Assembly (NCBI GenBank): GCA_964016885.1
Contig: OZ024745.1
Coordinates: forward strand, 133,982,001-134,046,000
Source: Eledone cirrhosa
Taxonomy: Eukaryota
Length of the DNA stretch: 64,000 nt
Direction of reading: 5' to 3'
Position 1 is the stretch's first letter, and each line of letters opens with the position of its first letter. Shown piece by piece: positions 55,336 through 64,000 of this stretch. The translations under genes and the position numbers were made by a program. The notes beneath the pieces were generated by a model. It saw only the letters and a list, made by a program, of their open reading frames with translations. It ran no database searches and was not told the DNA's origin.

Positions 55336-55628
55336 GGGCCCCACGTGCTGGCCGCGCCGCGGCCTCGGCGGATAGAATAGAGAAGATATTTCCGCAGAGG
55401 ATGGTGAGGATAAAGCGCTGGAAGAGCTATTCCAGTTTGCGGGGCTCACACCTGCGGCTAGCCAGCTCTTCGCCGATGGTGGTGAGTAGGGAGGTGGCCC
55501 TAGGGCCAAGGACACCAGAAACTTCCACTGCTGTGGGTTCGACTGCAAACCTGTCAGAGAGCGACCGATATTTGGAGAGTTTACCCTCCTCAGCCCGAAG
55601 TGCAACAGAGCCTGGGTTAGTTGCAGAC
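55336..55628 (-). mobile_element. CRE-like retrotransposon 3' fragment, diverged subfamily
   Basis: Minus-strand homology to 47545-47830 (SATNPGSVALRAE..KYRSLSDRFAVEPTAVEVSGVLGPRATSLLTTIGEELASRR). Confidence 0.82.
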
Positions 55629-56113
55629 TAATAAAATAAACAACACAGATAATGGGATAGTGGAAGAGGTAAAAGAGTAATATATATATTCTCAGGAAAC
55701 TGGGAAAACTCGGCGTTAGAACAGCAAAATACCGTGGAAGCGGCGTTGGGTTAAATATTACCCCGGAAGACAGATATCAGCGGCTAGATGTGAGTTAACT
55801 CGGGGGGAGTAAGAGAAGATAGGAAGGATGAAATAGAATGGATGAAAGCGAACAGGTCACAAACATTTGAATACGTTCTTCAGATCTCAACCTCCTGCAG
55901 TTTCGACGAATTAATGAGATTACTGCGGGTGATAGGAGGCTCGTAACGGAGAAACAAATATCTTCGTTCAGATAATGTTTGTGTTGGGACAGGCTAGAGG
56001 GGAAGAGAAATATGGAGTGTGTCTGATCGACCCCAAGTCGTCGCGATAAAGAAACAATATTGGTGTGAGTAGAGCTGGCCTGTAGAAGGGGGAGAGGAGG
56101 GGGAGGAAGAAGG

Positions 56114-57060
56114 TGTAAATGTAAATGTAACAAGTTTTACATAGGTAGCACCATCCGACCCCTACATGTTCGTATCAAGGAACATATCAACACCAACGCA
56201 TCTTCCTTCCGTAAACATATCCTTAAATGCGGAAACCCACAGGGTAGACCCTTGGTCACAGTCCTAGCGACTGAACGCAGCATCGGATCCTTAAGGATAA
56301 AGGAAGCACTTGTTATTAAGAACCTCAGACCCCCACTTAACAACCGGGCTGAGAGAAATGAGCTGACATGGCTAACTTAACCATAATGACCATTTACAGC
56401 CTACGGCCTGCTATCTTCACACACACGCACGTATATGCATACCCATACGCATACACACACACATCTATATTTATACACGCACACATGTTTTTACAACCTA
56501 CCACCTTTCACACCCTTTGATTTCCAGCTTCTACAGCCCACTATCTTTCACACACAAACGCACTCACACATATACACACACAGTTACACACACATGTATA
56601 CCCATACGCTTACACACACACATCTATATTTATACACGCACACATATTTTACAACCTACCACCTTTCACACCCTTTGATTTCCAACTTCTACAGCCCACT
56701 ATCTTTCACACACACACACACTCACACATATACACACTTACACTTATACACACACAGTTACACACACATATATATCTACATACACATATCTTACGGCTTT
56801 CACACGCTAACGCACCCTCTAGATTTAACCCATTTGGTCAGTAGCTTTTGCCACAGCCTATCACGCGCACGCGCATTCTTTCCCTCGTTTAAATTTTAAA
56901 TATTTTTCTCCCCATAACGGCATTCCTGTCTTAACGACATCACAACTTTCTCCGCTTGGCCTGTTCCCCCCCTTTTGGAACTTTTCCCCCGTTGATGGGC
57001 GTGAGCCCGAAATATTGGGATTAAATCTCTACTACGGTAACCCTTCTACCTTTGTTTTGT
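56114..57060 (+). mobile_element. Penelope-like element 3' relic (GIY-YIG second half 56114-56380, UTR with 159-bp duplication, hammerhead)
   Basis: Open frame without ATG, missed by the ORF track: CKCNKFYIGSTIRPLHVRIKEH..SFRKHILKC..LRIKEALVIKNLRPPLNNRAERNEL. Confidence 0.88.
56985..57020 (+). ncRNA. Degenerate minimal hammerhead
   Basis: TCCC-CCGTTGA-T GGGC GTGA GCCC-GAAA-TA-TT|GGGA; GNRA-capped stem II, 2 core substitutions. Confidence 0.65.
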
Positions 57061-57283
57061 TTTCATCTTTGTCTCTCTCAATTTTCACTTTCACCTGTTT
57101 TTCCTATCTATATTTCACTTCCTACCTCGAGATTTCCCTTTGCATTGTTGTGGCTTTCTTAAATACGTATTTTTACACATTTCACAATGCTTCAAGCAAA
57201 CTTTAACACCCTCTTATATTTACATATATATATTTACATATACATATATACATATATATATATATTTACAGATGAGAACACCG

Positions 57284-57359
<76 letters not shown>

Positions 57360-57408
57360 CATATATATATTTACATATATATATATACATATATATATAT
57401 ATATTTAC

Positions 57409-57489
<81 letters not shown>

Positions 57490-57493
57490 TATT

Positions 57494-57526
<33 letters not shown>

Positions 57527-57841
57527 TTACATATACATATATATATATTTATATATGACGGTGTTCTCATCTGTAATCATATCAGTCTCATTACTTATCC
57601 TGGCAATCTGAACCTTCTCATTGACTCTGTAATATTTGTCAATCTTTGTCTTTACGTTGGTGTCATCTTGTTTATAGTCTGAAGATTACTGATCTCACCA
57701 GGGCAGATATTTTGAGGGGGATCCTGACACTCACACACACACATACACTGACACATACACACATACACATACATTGACACAGACAAACAGAGACACACAC
57801 AGACACACACATTGATATACACACATACACACACACACAGA

Positions 57842-57906
<65 letters not shown>

Positions 57907-57948
57907 GAAAAAGTGGAGAATAACATGGTATATATGTATATATATATG

Positions 57949-58001
<53 letters not shown>

Positions 58002-58002
58002 G

Positions 58003-58175
<173 letters not shown>

Positions 58176-58176
58176 G

Positions 58177-60232
<2,056 letters not shown>

Positions 60233-60493
60233 ATGTGTATATATATACTGTAAATACATTGATGTAATCCAAGTCGAGACTTCAACGCTCATACAGCGAT
60301 GTTCCCTGTCTGTCCGTTCCCTTGTCACTTCAAATTTGGATTACCTCCTTCATTGTAACTTTATTATGTAAGGTGCTGTCTGAAAAGATCGTCGCAGTGG
60401 TTCTACGTCGAATAGCCTGGCCCCTGTCATCATCGATATATGTATCACGGCTATATTATTTTAAGAACTTTATTATCTAAACCTTGTATTTTC

Positions 60494-60533
<40 letters not shown>

Positions 60534-60641
60534 AATAAGTATATCTACCAACATATATATACAGATGCATACCTATGCTAGCAAATATATAGGTTTTGTC
60601 TTAGTAACTTTGTGGTTCAATGCAAGGGGATGCAGAACAAT

Positions 60642-60834
60642 TATATGAAAGACGTAAAATAAGAAAATTATAAAAATTAACTTACTTACTAAAATTTCAC
60701 TCCACCTAATTAGTTTCTGAAAGGGAATAAACATGGTTTCCAAATGGTAAGCATGGAGAAGCCATTTAGAAACTAATTAGTTGGAGTGAAATTTTAGTAA
60801 GTAAGTTCATTTTTATAATTTTCTTATTTACGTC

Positions 60835-60844
<10 letters not shown>
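60642..60844. repeat. Inverted repeat (~75-bp arms) of the HHR-bearing repeat also at 28645-28780
   Basis: ATGAAAGACGTAA..CTAATTAGTTTCT / AGAAACTAATTAG..TTACGTCTTTCAT; arms carry only the GAAA half of the HHR. Confidence 0.85.
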
Positions 60845-60930
<86 letters not shown>

Positions 60931-60932
<2 letters not shown>

Positions 60933-60973
60933 GATTCCTGATGATTTCTAATGAATGAAACAGTTCTAGTCCT
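60931..60973 (+). ncRNA. Probable minimal hammerhead (degenerate inverted partner ~61147-61185)
   Basis: GGGATTC-CTGATGA-TTTC TAAT GAAT-GAAA-CAGT-TC|TAGTCCT. Confidence 0.55.
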
Positions 60974-61009
60974 GTAGAATCTCATCTATATTAAAACTGT
61001 TATACTCTG

Positions 61010-61051
<42 letters not shown>

Positions 61052-61234
61052 ATATGTATATAATATATATGAATATATATATAATCAAAATATAGATGGA
61101 AAGTGATAGATATAATTTATTTCAGATTTAAATATCCTCTGTTGGGAGTAGAACTGTTTCTTTGAGCAGAAATCATGAAGATTATTGTACAGTATCTACT
61201 CTATATATTCATTAACTAATACACACACACACAC

Positions 61235-61331
<97 letters not shown>

Positions 61332-61485
61332 TATATACACGGGTGTGTATCATTGTGTATACAAGTTATATTAATAAAAGGAATTCCAACTTTGTCTGAT
61401 TTACTCGTTTTATTTACAATCCTTTAAAATTATAATGATAATATAATGAAATAGTATGGTAGAATATTAACTGTCAAGTGTTAAT

Positions 61486-61524
61486 TGAACAAGTACTTTC
61501 ATGCTTTCGCAATCTTCAGGTTCA
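61486..61524 (-). ncRNA. Minimal type I hammerhead (left arm)
   Basis: Minus strand TGAAC-CTGAAGA-T TGC GAAA GCA T-GAAA-GTAC-TT|GTTCA; GNRA tetraloop. Confidence 0.85.
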
Positions 61525-61613
61525 TATTCTGTGGTGACAGTCAAGTTTGCAATTTTCAACTGTTTGAAATTTACAAAGTTGAAAATTGCAAACTTGACTG
61601 TCACCACATATTA

Positions 61614-61652
61614 TGAACCTGAAGATTGCAAAAGCATGAAAGTACTTGTTCA
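61614..61652 (+). ncRNA. Minimal type I hammerhead (right arm)
   Basis: TGAAC-CTGAAGA-T TGC AAAA GCA T-GAAA-GTAC-TT|GTTCA. Confidence 0.82.
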
Positions 61653-61965
61653 ATTAACACTTAGAATTTAATATTCTACCATACTATTTCATTATATTAT
61701 CATTATAATTTTAAAGGATTGTAAATAAAACGAGTAAATCAGACAAAGTTGGAATTCCTTTTATTAATATATATATATATATATATGGAGTGCCGATGTG
61801 CGGAGAAGCTATAATATAGAATGACGACCCTTAAAGACGGATAAATAAGTTGCCATTATATGTGTGTGTGTGTGTATTCAAAAATACACATATATACGCA
61901 CTCACAATCCACGCGTCCCAACTGTATATCTCTCTTTTTCTCTCTCACTCACTCTACTTTCCCTC

Positions 61966-62105
<140 letters not shown>

Positions 62106-62231
62106 TATATAAATGTCTGTGTTTATGTAACACACAGTCATTTATTTAAAGTATGAGCAAAAGTAAATGAAAATATGTTACTTAGCAACTTTTACAATAT
62201 TATATATACAAGTTACACTGAAATTAAGAAG

Positions 62232-62281
<50 letters not shown>

Positions 62282-62359
62282 AGAGCGTGAAACTAATAAA
62301 CCTTTGTTTGTACTGCCTCTCTGTTTTTGTTCCCGTTCCAGTTTTCACTATATATTTAA

Positions 62360-63337
<978 letters not shown>

Positions 63338-64000
63338 GAAACAAAAATGACAGTTTACTTTGAAAATAGTCAACGAGTCGCTATTGGAGATCAATTGTTA
63401 ATAAAACGAATTTAAATAGAATAAAATAAAATAAATATCGATAAAATTAGTTTTAAAAAGAACTGAACAATGTTCAAATGATAGTGTCAAGTATGGAATA
63501 CCCGAAAGGCAACATTCTGGATTGAAAAATATCATGTCTGAATAGGAATCTATGAATGGTTAATCGCATTCGGTGGGCATACGAGACATGCTTGGTCCTC
63601 GTCTCTGTCTTTTCTGTCTCCAGGGGCGGCACTTTACTATATTTATTGAGCTATTATTTATAGTTGTTAACTATTATTATAATGCTTTGCATTGTGGCAA
63701 CTATGTTTTCATATAGATGTGTATGTGTGTGTGTGTGTGTGTGGTTTAGTAGACAGGGTGTTTGGCTCAGTGAGTTGATTGTACTTGTAATTCAAAAGGC
63801 ATATGTGTGTGTGCGCGGGGGTGTATGTGTGTGTGTATGTGTATGTGTATTGTGTCTGTGTCTGTATGTCTGCGTGTGTGTGTGTATATATTTATATATG
63901 TGTGTGTGTGTGTCTGTGTCTGTCTGTGTGTGTGTATATGTATTTGTATGTGTGTATGTGTGTATGTGTCTGTTTGTCTGTATGTATGTGTGTGTATATG

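Larger units (their letters stand above)
61367..61771. repeat. ~400-bp near-perfect palindrome (~195-bp arms)
   Basis: TTAATAAAAGGAATTCCAAC..TTTTCAACT / AGTTGAAAA..GTTGGAATTCCTTTTATTAA; a few mismatches. Confidence 0.93.

Overview
AT-rich, repeat-saturated eukaryotic (animal) genomic DNA, intergenic or intronic. The dominant tRNA-derived SINE and the microsatellite load suggest an octopod cephalopod (inference from memory of the repeat, not a search). No intact host gene is recognisable, and nearly all ORF-track entries are microsatellite translations. Content: (i) >12 copies of one tRNA-derived SINE in long and short subfamilies; (ii) decayed 3' ends of non-LTR retrotransposons (R4/Dong-like, CRE-like, RTE-like, L1/Tx1-like); (iii) four Penelope-like element (PLE) GIY-YIG relics, two Naiad-like; (iv) several minisatellite arrays. 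The main discovery is about 15 minimal type I hammerhead ribozyme (HHR) motifs of unrelated primary sequence on both strands, each with a tiny self-complementary or near-self-complementary stem III. One lies 3' of each of the four PLE relics. Three share a covarying stem II with a fixed C-C mismatch. Two pairs sit in long head-to-head palindromes, one a perfect 442-bp foldback with a hammerhead on each strand. All folds were done by eye.
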